Assembly (NCBI GenBank): GCA_027459825.1
Contig: DAIDGT010000005.1
Span: forward strand, 1-58,407
Direction: 5' to 3'
Source of the DNA: a bacterium
GTDB lineage: Bacteria > Patescibacteriota > Dojkabacteria > JAKAPS01 > JAJZLI01
Length of the DNA stretch: 58,407 bases
In this document: one piece after another, positions 10,150 to 19,261 of the stretch
Numbering within the stretch: the first letter of the stretch is position 1
Layout: the number at the start of each line of letters is the position of its first letter
Translations under genes and position numbers: made by a program
The notes under the pieces: model-generated
What the model was told of the DNA's origin: nothing
Database searches by the model: none
What the model saw: the letters and a program-made list of their open reading frames with translations, nothing else

Positions 10150-10593
10150 ATGAAACATACAATATTAAAGATTATGGGAGTGCTAGTTACTCTTGTATCT
10201 GTTTTTGGATTTTCACTTCCAGCATTTGCTGCAAATAATTGTCCTTATTATTTAACATCAGGCAGTGGAAACACTGTTTGTAATAGTAACTTAGCAACTA
10301 ATCCAAATAGTCTTATTACGACTGTTATAAATGTATTATTTGCTGTTGTCGGGTTAATATTCTTCATAATGATTGTTATTGCTGGAATTCAGTGGGTAAC
10401 ATCTGGTGGAGAAGAAGAAGGCAAAAAGGCTGCTCAAGGTAGACTTATAAATGCAGTAATAGGCATTGCAATTGTTGCAGCTGCATATCTAGTTGTTGAA
10501 TTAGTATCAAGCTTATTAGGTATAGGAAGTATATTTAATAGTAAGATAGTAACTTGTAGCGGAGGGACATGTACATTAGCTCCATCGAGTTAA
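10150..10593 (+). CDS. Pilin-like protein 6 (candidate major subunit)
   Basis: Signal peptide ending AFA, GIQWVTSGGEEEGKKAAQGRLINAVIG motif; close paralog of pilin 4. Confidence 0.8.
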   Translation: MKHTILKIMGVLVTLVSVFGFSLPAFAANNCPYYLTSGSGNTVCNSNLATNPNSLITTVINVLFAVVGLIFFIMIVIAGIQWVTSGGEEEGKKAAQGRLINAVIGIAIVAAAYLVVELVSSLLGIGSIFNSKIVTCSGGTCTLAPSS

Positions 10594-10630
10594 TGGTAAA
10601 TTGTCATATGTCAGTAATATTATATATATT

Positions 10631-10657
10631 AAAAAAGGGGATTAACTCCCCTTTTTT
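10631..10657. terminator. Bidirectional intrinsic terminator
   Basis: AAAAAAGGGGA-TTAAC-TCCCCTTTTTT between convergent pilin 6 and hsp20. Confidence 0.85.
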
Positions 10658-10674
10658 GTTTATATATGAGTTGA

Positions 10675-11079
10675 TTAGTTTATTTGAATTGCTTTTGGTT
10701 TAGCTTCTTCTGCCTTTGGAAGTGTTAATGTTAATATTCCATCTTTGAAAGAAGCTTTTGCATCTGCACTCTTCACTGAAGAAGGTAGAGTTACTGATCT
10801 CGCTAGTGATTGTTCTCTAATTTCTTTTTTATAATATTTTTTACTTTTTCCTTTTTCTTCTTTCTCTTCTTTCTTTTCAGCTTTGATTGTAAGGTTATCT
10901 CCTACAACTGTAATATTCAAATCTTCTTTTGCAAAACCAGGAGCTTTCATTTTTACTACAACATTATCATCTTCTTCATATAAATCTAGTGCACCATCCT
11001 CTGTATGGAAAAACATTTCTGTCTCATCTTCATCAACCCATCTTGGAAAAATCCAAGGATTCCATCTTGTTATTGCCAT
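10675..11079 (-). CDS. Hsp20/alpha-crystallin small heat-shock protein
   Basis: DLYEEDD...APG...KEDLNI, RSVTLP, ASFKDGILTLTLPK. SD AAGGAGGTGA precedes ATG 11079. Confidence 0.93.
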   Translation of the reverse strand: MAITRWNPWIFPRWVDEDETEMFFHTEDGALDLYEEDDNVVVKMKAPGFAKEDLNITVVGDNLTIKAEKKEEKEEKGKSKKYYKKEIREQSLARSVTLPSSVKSADAKASFKDGILTLTLPKAEEAKPKAIQIN

Positions 11080-11095
11080 AAAACTCACCTCCTTA

Positions 11096-11152
11096 TTATC
11101 AGATCATTACTGACTCTGCTAATATTGTATATCTCAATTTCGTCTTTGTCAA
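11096..11152 (-). promoter_or_regulatory. hsp20 promoter with a CIRCE-like operator
   Basis: Minus strand reads TTGACA-17-TACAAT, then TTAGCAGAG-N9-ATCTGATAA (11096-11122), the same geometry as CIRCE TTAGCACTC-N9-GAGTGCTAA. Confidence 0.6.
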
Positions 11153-11175
11153 TAGTTTGTTATAATGGGGTACTT

Positions 11176-12297
11176 ATGCATGAAATCAAATTTATACATA
11201 CTTCAGATCTTCATCTAGGTAGAAAGTATAAGTACCTTGGGGAAGTTGCTCACAAAGCCCAATCTCATTTGATTGACATTATGATGAAAATTGCTTCGAT
11301 TGCTATTGAAAAAAAAGTCGATTTTGTTTTTATTTCAGGTGATCTTTTTGATAATGAAACCCCTTCGTCTTTCTTGATTGCTAAATTTATGGATTTTGTT
11401 GATTTGTTAAGTGCTAAAAATATTCAAATAGTAATACTTCCTGGAACTCATGATAGTAGCTTAGGAAGTTCTTTATATTCTAAACATAGTGTATTTACTG
11501 AAAATAAACATGTATTTGTATTTATAGATAAAATTACTAATAAATTTATATTTCAAGATAAATCTATTGCAGTATATGGTAACTGTTATCCTGGTAAATC
11601 TTCTCCTATTCTGGGATTTCAGAGAGATAGTAGCGTTAATTACCATGTAATTTTAGCTCATGGATCATTACAAATTGAAGGCAAATCTGATAAAAATGAT
11701 AGCCCAATATTAATTTCTGATATAGATTCTTCTTTTGCAGATTATATTGCTTTAGGACATTGGCATAATTATTATAGTATAAAGTCAAACGTTCCTTGTT
11801 TTTATAGCGGATCTCCAGAGCTAATTGATAAAGATCAAATTAATTCTGGATATATTATCTATGGATGTCTTGGAGATAATTCAAAATTTGAACCTATTCA
11901 TGTAGGTGAACGGAGGTTTGATGATATTAAAATAGATATTTCTAATGTAACGAAGATTACTGAATTAATTCAAAAAATTAAAAAAGGTTCTGATGAAAAT
12001 TTAATTCGTAGAATTGACCTTTGGGGAACTAAAAAGGGAGAATTAATAGGATTTAATTTTTCTAAATTAAAGGAAGAGCTACTTTCTTTATTTTATTATT
12101 TAATAATAGAAGATCATAGTAGTTTTATTTTATCTACTAATAGTTTTTCTAAAAATTTTTCTTCAATTGAAAAAATATATTATGAAAGGTTATCGAATTT
12201 GATTAAGAATGCTTCTTCTCAAGAGGATAAAGAAAAGTACTCAAGGGCACTTGAAATGGGTATTGCCCTTCTTTCTGGAAACGAGGATGTTATATGA
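11176..12297 (+). CDS. SbcD/Mre11/YhaO-family metallophosphoesterase nuclease
   Basis: HTSDLHLG, GDLFD, PGTHD, AHG, YIALGHWH, YSGSPE. TGTTATAAT just upstream supports ATG 11176. Confidence 0.9.
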   Translation: MHEIKFIHTSDLHLGRKYKYLGEVAHKAQSHLIDIMMKIASIAIEKKVDFVFISGDLFDNETPSSFLIAKFMDFVDLLSAKNIQIVILPGTHDSSLGSSLYSKHSVFTENKHVFVFIDKITNKFIFQDKSIAVYGNCYPGKSSPILGFQRDSSVNYHVILAHGSLQIEGKSDKNDSPILISDIDSSFADYIALGHWHNYYSIKSNVPCFYSGSPELIDKDQINSGYIIYGCLGDNSKFEPIHVGERRFDDIKIDISNVTKITELIQKIKKGSDENLIRRIDLWGTKKGELIGFNFSKLKEELLSLFYYLIIEDHSSFILSTNSFSKNFSSIEKIYYERLSNLIKNASSQEDKEKYSRALEMGIALLSGNEDVI

Positions 12298-14360
12298 TTT
12301 TAAAGCATATTAAAATAAAAAACTTTAGACAAATTGATAGTAAAGAATTTTCTTTTAAAGATGGTATCAATATAATCTATGGTCTTAATGAAAGTGGTAA
12401 GACAACTTTATATTTTGCAATAATATCTGCATTGTTTGATGATCCAGAAAAAGTTAATAAATCGTACCTTGAGGGTTTGAAGACTTGGGGAAAGAATTCT
12501 TATCCAGAACTAGAACTCACTTTTATATATGAAAATAAGGAATATACCATATCTAAGGATTTTAATTTAAAAAAAAGCAAATTAATCGGCAGTTCTAATG
12601 CTGATGATTGTAAAAATTTTATTTCTAATGCGTTAGGTATCCAAAAAGATCTTTTTTTGAAATTATCTTGTATTGGACAAAGAGATATTTCTTCAATTCA
12701 GTCAAATTTTGAAAATTTACAAAAGCAGATTTTAGCCATTTTATCTGTAGAAAATCTTGATAATTCTAGAAATGTTGTAGATGTTATTTCTATGCTTGAG
12801 AAAAAAATACAAGATATGCAACTTGGTATGTATCATGTTTCAAAAAATGTAGGGGTATTAAAAAAAATTGAGAATGAAATAAAGGATTTACAGGGAAGAC
12901 TAGAAAAAGCGCGTGAAGAGTATAGAAATGTAGAGGGTAAAAAATCTCAAATTATTCAAAGAGATGAAAAGTTAAAAAAGATAGAGCATGAAATGAAAGC
13001 TTTAGAATCTTTTATATCAAATTCCAATAAATTAAAAGAGATCAATGAAAAAAAAATAAGGATAGATAAAGAGTTAAAAGATATGGAGTTAAGGATTAAT
13101 AGGGTTTATGAGTTAGGTGAACAATTAAAAAGAATAAAGGCTACGCACAAAGAAGATTTTCTAAATGACATAGATAAATCAGGGCAGGAATTATTATCTT
13201 TACAGGCAGAAATAGACTTAAGAAAAAAAGATTTAGATATCTTAAAGGATAGAAAAAAGCATATTGAAGAATTGCATATTACTCCTATTCGTAGAAATCC
13301 TAGGTTTGTCATATTTATTAGTACTGTCCTTCTTGCATTGACAATTATTTCTTCTTTTTTCGGATTTTTAATTTTTGCAGCTCTTCTCATTGATGTTGTA
13401 TTTATAGGACTATATTTAAATTATATATATTTTAATAAATTGGAAAAATTCCACAATCCTGATGAAGATAGAATTGTTGAAATTGATAAAGAGATTCAAA
13501 TGACCTCAGATCGTATCAATTCAATATTAACTTCATTAGGTATTTCTTCTATTTCTGAATTATTTAAACAAAAATCGATTTTGCTTTCTAATAAAGAGGA
13601 ACTACTAAAAGGGGAGGCAACAATAAGAGGTCTCCTTGGTGAAGAAACACTTGATTCATTAGAAGAAAAACAGGCAGATCTTTTTGTGCAAAGGAAAAAT
13701 TTAGATTATGAAATTAGTGATGACATGAAGTCTTTTTCTACTGCAGATCCTGTGGTTTTAAGGAAGAAGCAATTGGAGCTTAGTGACTTAGAGATGGATA
13801 AATTTGATATTGAAGATGAAATACTTGCAGATAATACAAGAATATCTGACTCTTTTGTATCTGAAGAAGAAATTGGTAGTATGGAAGATAGATTATCTTC
13901 TCTTAAAGAACAAAAAATTTTTTATGATATGCAATTTTCTGTAATGAAGATAGCTCTAGAAAATTTAAATAAATCTAAAGATGATGTTTTTAATCAATTA
14001 TCTGAGGACTTTAATAAACTTGGATCTGACTGGATTAGTAAGATTACAAATGATAAATATTCTAGTTTTAAAATTTCTGATAATAAATATTTTTCAATTT
14101 TTGATAGAAATAAAAAAGAATTTATAAATACTCAAGATAACCTATCTGCAGGATTGCTTGATCAAGTATACATGTTGGCAAGGCTATCAATACTAAATGT
14201 TGTCTTAAAAGGCAGAAAATCTATTATGTTACTAGATGATCCTTTTGTAAATTTTGATAAAGATAGGTTAGATATTGCAAAGGATCTATTAAAGTATTTT
14301 TCATCTTTTAATCAAATCTTTTTATTTACTTGTCACGATTTATTTAAAGATTTGGTATAA
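12294..14360 (+). CDS. SbcC/Rad50-like (YhaN-type) coiled-coil ATPase with central TM segments
   Basis: Walker A GLNESGKTT, LSAG signature, LLDDPFVNFD, FTCH, long coiled coils and a hydrophobic stretch mid-protein. ATGA overlap with the nuclease gene. Confidence 0.85.
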   Translation: MILKHIKIKNFRQIDSKEFSFKDGINIIYGLNESGKTTLYFAIISALFDDPEKVNKSYLEGLKTWGKNSYPELELTFIYENKEYTISKDFNLKKSKLIGSSNADDCKNFISNALGIQKDLFLKLSCIGQRDISSIQSNFENLQKQILAILSVENLDNSRNVVDVISMLEKKIQDMQLGMYHVSKNVGVLKKIENEIKDLQGRLEKAREEYRNVEGKKSQIIQRDEKLKKIEHEMKALESFISNSNKLKEINEKKIRIDKELKDMELRINRVYELGEQLKRIKATHKEDFLNDIDKSGQELLSLQAEIDLRKKDLDILKDRKKHIEELHITPIRRNPRFVIFISTVLLALTIISSFFGFLIFAALLIDVVFIGLYLNYIYFNKLEKFHNPDEDRIVEIDKEIQMTSDRINSILTSLGISSISELFKQKSILLSNKEELLKGEATIRGLLGEETLDSLEEKQADLFVQRKNLDYEISDDMKSFSTADPVVLRKKQLELSDLEMDKFDIEDEILADNTRISDSFVSEEEIGSMEDRLSSLKEQKIFYDMQFSVMKIALENLNKSKDDVFNQLSEDFNKLGSDWISKITNDKYSSFKISDNKYFSIFDRNKKEFINTQDNLSAGLLDQVYMLARLSILNVVLKGRKSIMLLDDPFVNFDKDRLDIAKDLLKYFSSFNQIFLFTCHDLFKDLV

Positions 14361-14366
14361 ATATGT

Positions 14367-16517
14367 ATGTCTCAAAATAAGATTTTTATTCAAATATTGA
14401 CAGTAGTCTTCCTTTTATTTGTTGGTATTGTAAATGGAAGAGTTATCTCTTCTGTATCTGCTCAGTCAGTACAGGATATTCAAAATAGTATTAATGCACT
14501 ACAATCTCAGAATCAACAGCTTGAATCTCAAATAAATAACCTTGATGCAAGGAAAAGTAGTGATATGAATTCCTTGGTATCTATAAATTCTCTAATATCT
14601 CAAGAAGGGAATACTTTAAATGCAATTAAGTTATTACTATCTAGTCTTGGATCTTCTTTGGGTGATTATAAATCCTTTTTAAATAATTTGGAGGATAAAA
14701 GAAATCAGGCTTTTAAGTTACTATATATAAATACCCAAGAAAATCCTTTTGAATTATTTCTATCTTCTTCTGAATTTTCTACATTTGCTGTAAGTTGGGG
14801 AGAGAATCAATCTTTACTTAATAGTATTAAAAAGAAGATAATTACTACAAATTCAGAAATAGTTACCATTAATAATGAGTTATCTTTTCAAAAATCACAA
14901 AGTTTAAAATTACAGAATGACCTTGCTTACTATAATGCTCAAGTAGGTAGTATAAGTAACGATATTGCATTTACTAATAGTAGTCTTAGTAATATTGCAG
15001 GATTACAACAAGGGATTGCTCAAAAAATTGCTCAACTCCAACAAGAAAAACTTGCTGCAAGTAGTGTGAACTCTTCGCCTACACCTCAAACCACAACTGT
15101 AAAGTCAGTTTCTCAAGTGCAATCACAAGTTAGTGATTCTAATACAAATGTTTCTTCTAGTAGTTCTTCATCTCCTTATATAGTATCTGATAATTGTAAT
15201 TCTTCTTGTGGAAACTTTTCTGTATCTGTAGGTGGTCAGTCTTTTAATAATGTTTCTGGTCCAATCGATATCAATCCTCAAAATATCGGATCTCCAATGT
15301 CAGTAAACAATATCTCGTATTTAGGTGCAGATGAAATTAGGGCAGATACAAATTCTCAATTTATTAATATTTTACCTTTGGAGGATTATTTGCAGGGAAT
15401 AGGTGAGATGTCTGCTAGTTGGCAGCCTAATGCGTTAGAATCTCAAGTTATAGCAGCGAGGACATATGCTTTGTATCATATGGGAGAATTTTCTAGTGAA
15501 AATTATGATTTACAAAATGGTACAGTGGATCAAAGTTATGTAGGGTATTCTAAAAATGAGGAATGTATCAAGAGTAATTATTGTAATTGGGAAGATGCCG
15601 TATCCAGTACCAATGGTGATATTTTAACTTATAATGGAGGAATTATTGATAGTGTATATGCTGCGTCGAATGGAGGATATAACTTATCAGACTCTGAGGT
15701 TTGGGGTGGTAGTGCTCCATATTTACAGTCAGGGGAGGATAGTTCTAGTACTGAAAATTATAATTCTGTGTGTAATGGTACAGAGGATTTTAATTATGCT
15801 TGGTTTAATAATGTAACACTAACGCCTAGTCAGATTGCAATTATAATAAATGATACCAATTACTTTGAAAATAGTACTGATTCTACTGCTATAAAATTAG
15901 CAAATTTATCTAATGCTTGGTGGAATGCCCCTGCTGCCTATGATATTGCATCGTCTTCAAATATTTCTAGTCTTAGTACTGATGTTAGTAGCACTGGTCC
16001 CGTTGCCTCAGAAAATACAACGGTTGTATTTACTAATCAAAGTGGAACTACTTATTCATTAGATGCACAAGATTTTGCATTTGTATATAATACAGTTACT
16101 CCATATGGGTACTATATTCAAATTCCATCATTGAATTACACAATAGGTCAGAGTACTAATAATAAATCAGAACTAACAGTTAATAATTATTTCGCTCTTT
16201 ATACAATTACTGGGAATACTACTAATGGTTTCCAAATAAACTCTCTTGCAAATGGTTTTAGGCTTGGTCTTAGTCAGTGTGGTGCAGAAGGAAGAGCTTT
16301 GGATGGACAAAATTATACTCAGATTTTGTCTGCGTATTACCCGGGTACATCAATTTCTAATTATCAGAGTTCAGTTGTAAATATTAGGGTTGGAATTATG
16401 GGAGGATCTATTTCTAGCTATAATATTACTCCTACATCAGGTTTTAGTATTTATGCAAATGGAACCAAGATATATTCAAGTAATAATTCTCAGCAAGTAG
16501 TAATTAACCAATTGTGA
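14367..16517 (+). CDS. Secreted coiled-coil plus SpoIID/LytB-domain peptidoglycan lytic transglycosylase
   Basis: Signal peptide, PcsB-like coiled coil, Ser-rich linker, INILPLEDYLQGIGEM...ALESQVIAARTYA, GLSQCGA...ILSAYYPGT. Confidence 0.85.
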   Translation: MSQNKIFIQILTVVFLLFVGIVNGRVISSVSAQSVQDIQNSINALQSQNQQLESQINNLDARKSSDMNSLVSINSLISQEGNTLNAIKLLLSSLGSSLGDYKSFLNNLEDKRNQAFKLLYINTQENPFELFLSSSEFSTFAVSWGENQSLLNSIKKKIITTNSEIVTINNELSFQKSQSLKLQNDLAYYNAQVGSISNDIAFTNSSLSNIAGLQQGIAQKIAQLQQEKLAASSVNSSPTPQTTTVKSVSQVQSQVSDSNTNVSSSSSSSPYIVSDNCNSSCGNFSVSVGGQSFNNVSGPIDINPQNIGSPMSVNNISYLGADEIRADTNSQFINILPLEDYLQGIGEMSASWQPNALESQVIAARTYALYHMGEFSSENYDLQNGTVDQSYVGYSKNEECIKSNYCNWEDAVSSTNGDILTYNGGIIDSVYAASNGGYNLSDSEVWGGSAPYLQSGEDSSSTENYNSVCNGTEDFNYAWFNNVTLTPSQIAIIINDTNYFENSTDSTAIKLANLSNAWWNAPAAYDIASSSNISSLSTDVSSTGPVASENTTVVFTNQSGTTYSLDAQDFAFVYNTVTPYGYYIQIPSLNYTIGQSTNNKSELTVNNYFALYTITGNTTNGFQINSLANGFRLGLSQCGAEGRALDGQNYTQILSAYYPGTSISNYQSSVVNIRVGIMGGSISSYNITPTSGFSIYANGTKIYSSNNSQQVVINQL

Positions 16518-16605
16518 TAATGTACTTTTGAGTAATGGAGTTTTATAATAATATTTAATGAAGGTGTACAAAGCATACTTTACTTGTGGTATCATGATTT
16601 AATCT

Positions 16606-17682
16606 ATGGGTAGGTTAGATATACATCCAAAAAGTTATATAGATAAAAATGTAGATAAGAATATCTTTTCTCATGTTTATTTACATCTCCCTCAAGATGA
16701 AAATTTAATAGAATTTAGAGGGAAACTTTTCTCTGCAGTTGATGTTTCTGGTCCGATAGAATTTGATGCTAATAAGTATTTGGATTCATTTTTAGATGAT
16801 TTAGAGTCTACATATTTTACGAATACAGTCTCAAGTGTTATAAATGTATTGGATTCTTCTCTTAACTTTGCTTACAATAATCTACAAAAATCAATAATTG
16901 ACGCAAATATTGAAGGTGATATTGATTTTAATGTTACCTGTTTTGTTGTATGGGGTGATGTTGGGTACATGGCAAGAATTGGGACATCTTTAATTTTGCT
17001 TTTTAGGGATGGTAAGTTGATGAATCTTTCTGACCACTTACTTACATCTGGTAATAATATTGTTGCTACTGCTAGTGGGTTTTTAAAGAATAATGATAAT
17101 TTCATATTAGCAACTCCACATTGTTCGTTATACATAGATGAATCCAGATGGAAAAGTATTCTTAGTCTGGATCAAAAGCAGCTAGGTAAATTAGAGGTTG
17201 GATCAAAAAGAGGAGATGTCAGTTTTATTATTTTAGATGTTTTTGACACAAATCAGGAAGTAGATGACGCTGTTTTAAAATCAGAATCATTTAATAATAA
17301 AGATATTCATGAGCATATAAACGAAAATGTAATACAAAATAATGTTATTGCTGATAAAATTAAGGAATTTGATTTTGGTAATAAATTTGGTGATTTTTCT
17401 AAAAAAGTTGTATCTGGTGTTCATAAAGGCTCTTCAAATGCTATCTACTCTTTTTGGAATTATCTGAAAAAAGTTCAATGGAAGTTAATATTAAAATCTA
17501 TTTTTGTCGTTTTGTATTCTTTTGTGAGTCTTGTATATAATGCAATTATGTATGTTATAAATAAAAACAAATCTAGGGAATATAAAAGTAATATAGGAAA
17601 AGATTTCAGTGTTTTTCGTAAAGAAAAATATACTGTTTTAGGTATAATTATCTTTATACTTATAATAATATTTTTTTTTTAA
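16606..17682 (+). CDS. N-terminal half of a split membrane protein (degenerate PP2C-like domain plus TM)
   Basis: YMARIG...LLFRDGKL...ASGFLKNNDNFILAT resembles PP2C beta-strands. The ORF ends inside a TM helix at a T10 run. Confidence 0.65.
   Translation: MGRLDIHPKSYIDKNVDKNIFSHVYLHLPQDENLIEFRGKLFSAVDVSGPIEFDANKYLDSFLDDLESTYFTNTVSSVINVLDSSLNFAYNNLQKSIIDANIEGDIDFNVTCFVVWGDVGYMARIGTSLILLFRDGKLMNLSDHLLTSGNNIVATASGFLKNNDNFILATPHCSLYIDESRWKSILSLDQKQLGKLEVGSKRGDVSFIILDVFDTNQEVDDAVLKSESFNNKDIHEHINENVIQNNVIADKIKEFDFGNKFGDFSKKVVSGVHKGSSNAIYSFWNYLKKVQWKLILKSIFVVLYSFVSLVYNAIMYVINKNKSREYKSNIGKDFSVFRKEKYTVLGIIIFILIIIFFF
17671..17680 (+). repeat. T10 homopolymer at a frameshift junction
   Basis: Ten Ts. 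The downstream ORF frame is open from 17679; T11 or T8 would fuse the two ORFs. Confidence 0.85.
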
Positions 17683-17846
17683 GTAAAGCTCATTTTGTTC
17701 AGAAAAATAATATAAATTTTGAAAAATCAAAATTTCAGAGCATAAAATCCCAACTATCTTCAGACTTATCTGAGCTTAATGGTACTAAATCAATCTCTTT
17801 TAAAGATTCTATTATAAATAAGGATGAATCTTTAATTTCAGAGGCA

Positions 17847-18752
17847 TTGTCACTAAATATTAATAATTCCGAAATAGAAAATTTAAAAAGACAGATATAT
17901 AATATATATTATACAATAAATGATATTACCCCTATGAGTAATGTTCAAATACTGTCTGATGTCTCAATATTTTATCCCGGGGCAAATATTTCTTCAATTC
18001 TTAATGTGGGAGAAAGTATCTATATAACATCTCCATCTTCTCAGTATGTATTTTCATTTTCAAATTCAAGTTCTTCTAATCCTTCAATATTTGAGTCTCT
18101 TAAGAGTGGAATTTCAATTCCTCAGTACCTAACATACTCCGTTACTGATTCTTCAATGTTTTTGTATGATGTAAATAATGGTCTTTATAAAGTGAACGCT
18201 TCTGGTAGCTTACAAAACTTAACAAATCCTATTGCTTCAGTGAAGTATATTCAATCTTTTCTTGGAAATATCTATATGCTTGATCCTTCTTCAGGGGTTA
18301 TGTATGTAGCAAACAAAAATAATGGATATAAAGTTTCTAAAGATTTCACCTCTCCAATTTTGAAAGGATCAAAATCTTTTGCAGTAGATGGAAATATTTT
18401 TGTAGTAGATTCTTCTGGTAGTATAGAAAGGTTTTATGCAAATCAACCAACTCCATTTAATATAACTAACCAGGAGGCTATGGAATACCCTTTAGGAGAA
18501 GTGTCATATATATATGATAATATGTATACAAATGATATTTTTATTGTTGATCCTTCACATGAGCGTGTTGTAGTTCTTCAGAAACCAGCGATTAATGCGA
18601 CTGATACAATTGATTATAAATTTGTAAAACAGTATGTATATCTTGGAAGTGATAGTAAAATTTTTTCTCATATAGATTATATAGATATCTCTTCAGATGG
18701 TAGTAGTTTGTACCTTGTTTCTGGTACTAAGATTATAAAGGTAAGTGTATGA
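17847..18752 (+). CDS. C-terminal half of the split gene: extracellular beta-propeller-like domain
   Basis: Repeated beta-rich units (IYMLDP, FAVDGNIFVVD, IFIVDPSHERVVVL). The frame stays open upstream to 17679. Confidence 0.7.
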   Translation: MSLNINNSEIENLKRQIYNIYYTINDITPMSNVQILSDVSIFYPGANISSILNVGESIYITSPSSQYVFSFSNSSSSNPSIFESLKSGISIPQYLTYSVTDSSMFLYDVNNGLYKVNASGSLQNLTNPIASVKYIQSFLGNIYMLDPSSGVMYVANKNNGYKVSKDFTSPILKGSKSFAVDGNIFVVDSSGSIERFYANQPTPFNITNQEAMEYPLGEVSYIYDNMYTNDIFIVDPSHERVVVLQKPAINATDTIDYKFVKQYVYLGSDSKIFSHIDYIDISSDGSSLYLVSGTKIIKVSV

Positions 18753-19210
18753 AAGTTTTCTCTTACAACAAAAAAATATCTCACGATTACTCTATACAGG
18801 AGAAATATTTAGCGGGTATTGTACTTTTTGGATATGAGGTTAAATCCATCAAAAATTCTAATGTTAGTATTACTGACAGCTTTATCTCTGTTACTGATAA
18901 TGAAGTATCTATTGTTCATATGTATGTTCCTCCAATTATGGGGATGGATAAAAGTTTTCGTTACAACCCTAATCGTAAAAGAAGACTTTTATTAAATAAA
19001 TACGAAATAAAAGAATTGTATAAGGCAAGTAAGGCAGAAGGGTTAACTGTCGTTCCCATTAAGGTTTTCTTGTTAAAAAATAAAATTAAAGTGGAAATTG
19101 CTATTGTAAGGGGTTTAAAAAAATATGACAAGAGAGATAAAGAAAAAAAGTTAACTGCTAATAAAGAAATGGAATATGAAATAAATAGACGTAATAAAGG
19201 TAAAGTTTAA
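18749..19210 (+). CDS. smpB: SsrA-binding protein SmpB
   Basis: NKKISHDY, AGIVLFGYEVKSIK, RKRRLLLNK, GLKKYDKR. Confidence 0.95.
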   Translation: MKVFSYNKKISHDYSIQEKYLAGIVLFGYEVKSIKNSNVSITDSFISVTDNEVSIVHMYVPPIMGMDKSFRYNPNRKRRLLLNKYEIKELYKASKAEGLTVVPIKVFLLKNKIKVEIAIVRGLKKYDKRDKEKKLTANKEMEYEINRRNKGKV

Positions 19211-19261
19211 TGATTGATTATTTGCATAATATCAGCTTTTATCCTATAATATGATTTACTT

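Noticed and set aside
11005-11175. N-terminal extension of the SbcD-like ORF overlapping hsp20
   Set aside because: Homology-like sequence begins at MHEIKFIHTSD (11176), and the extension overlaps hsp20 and both promoters.
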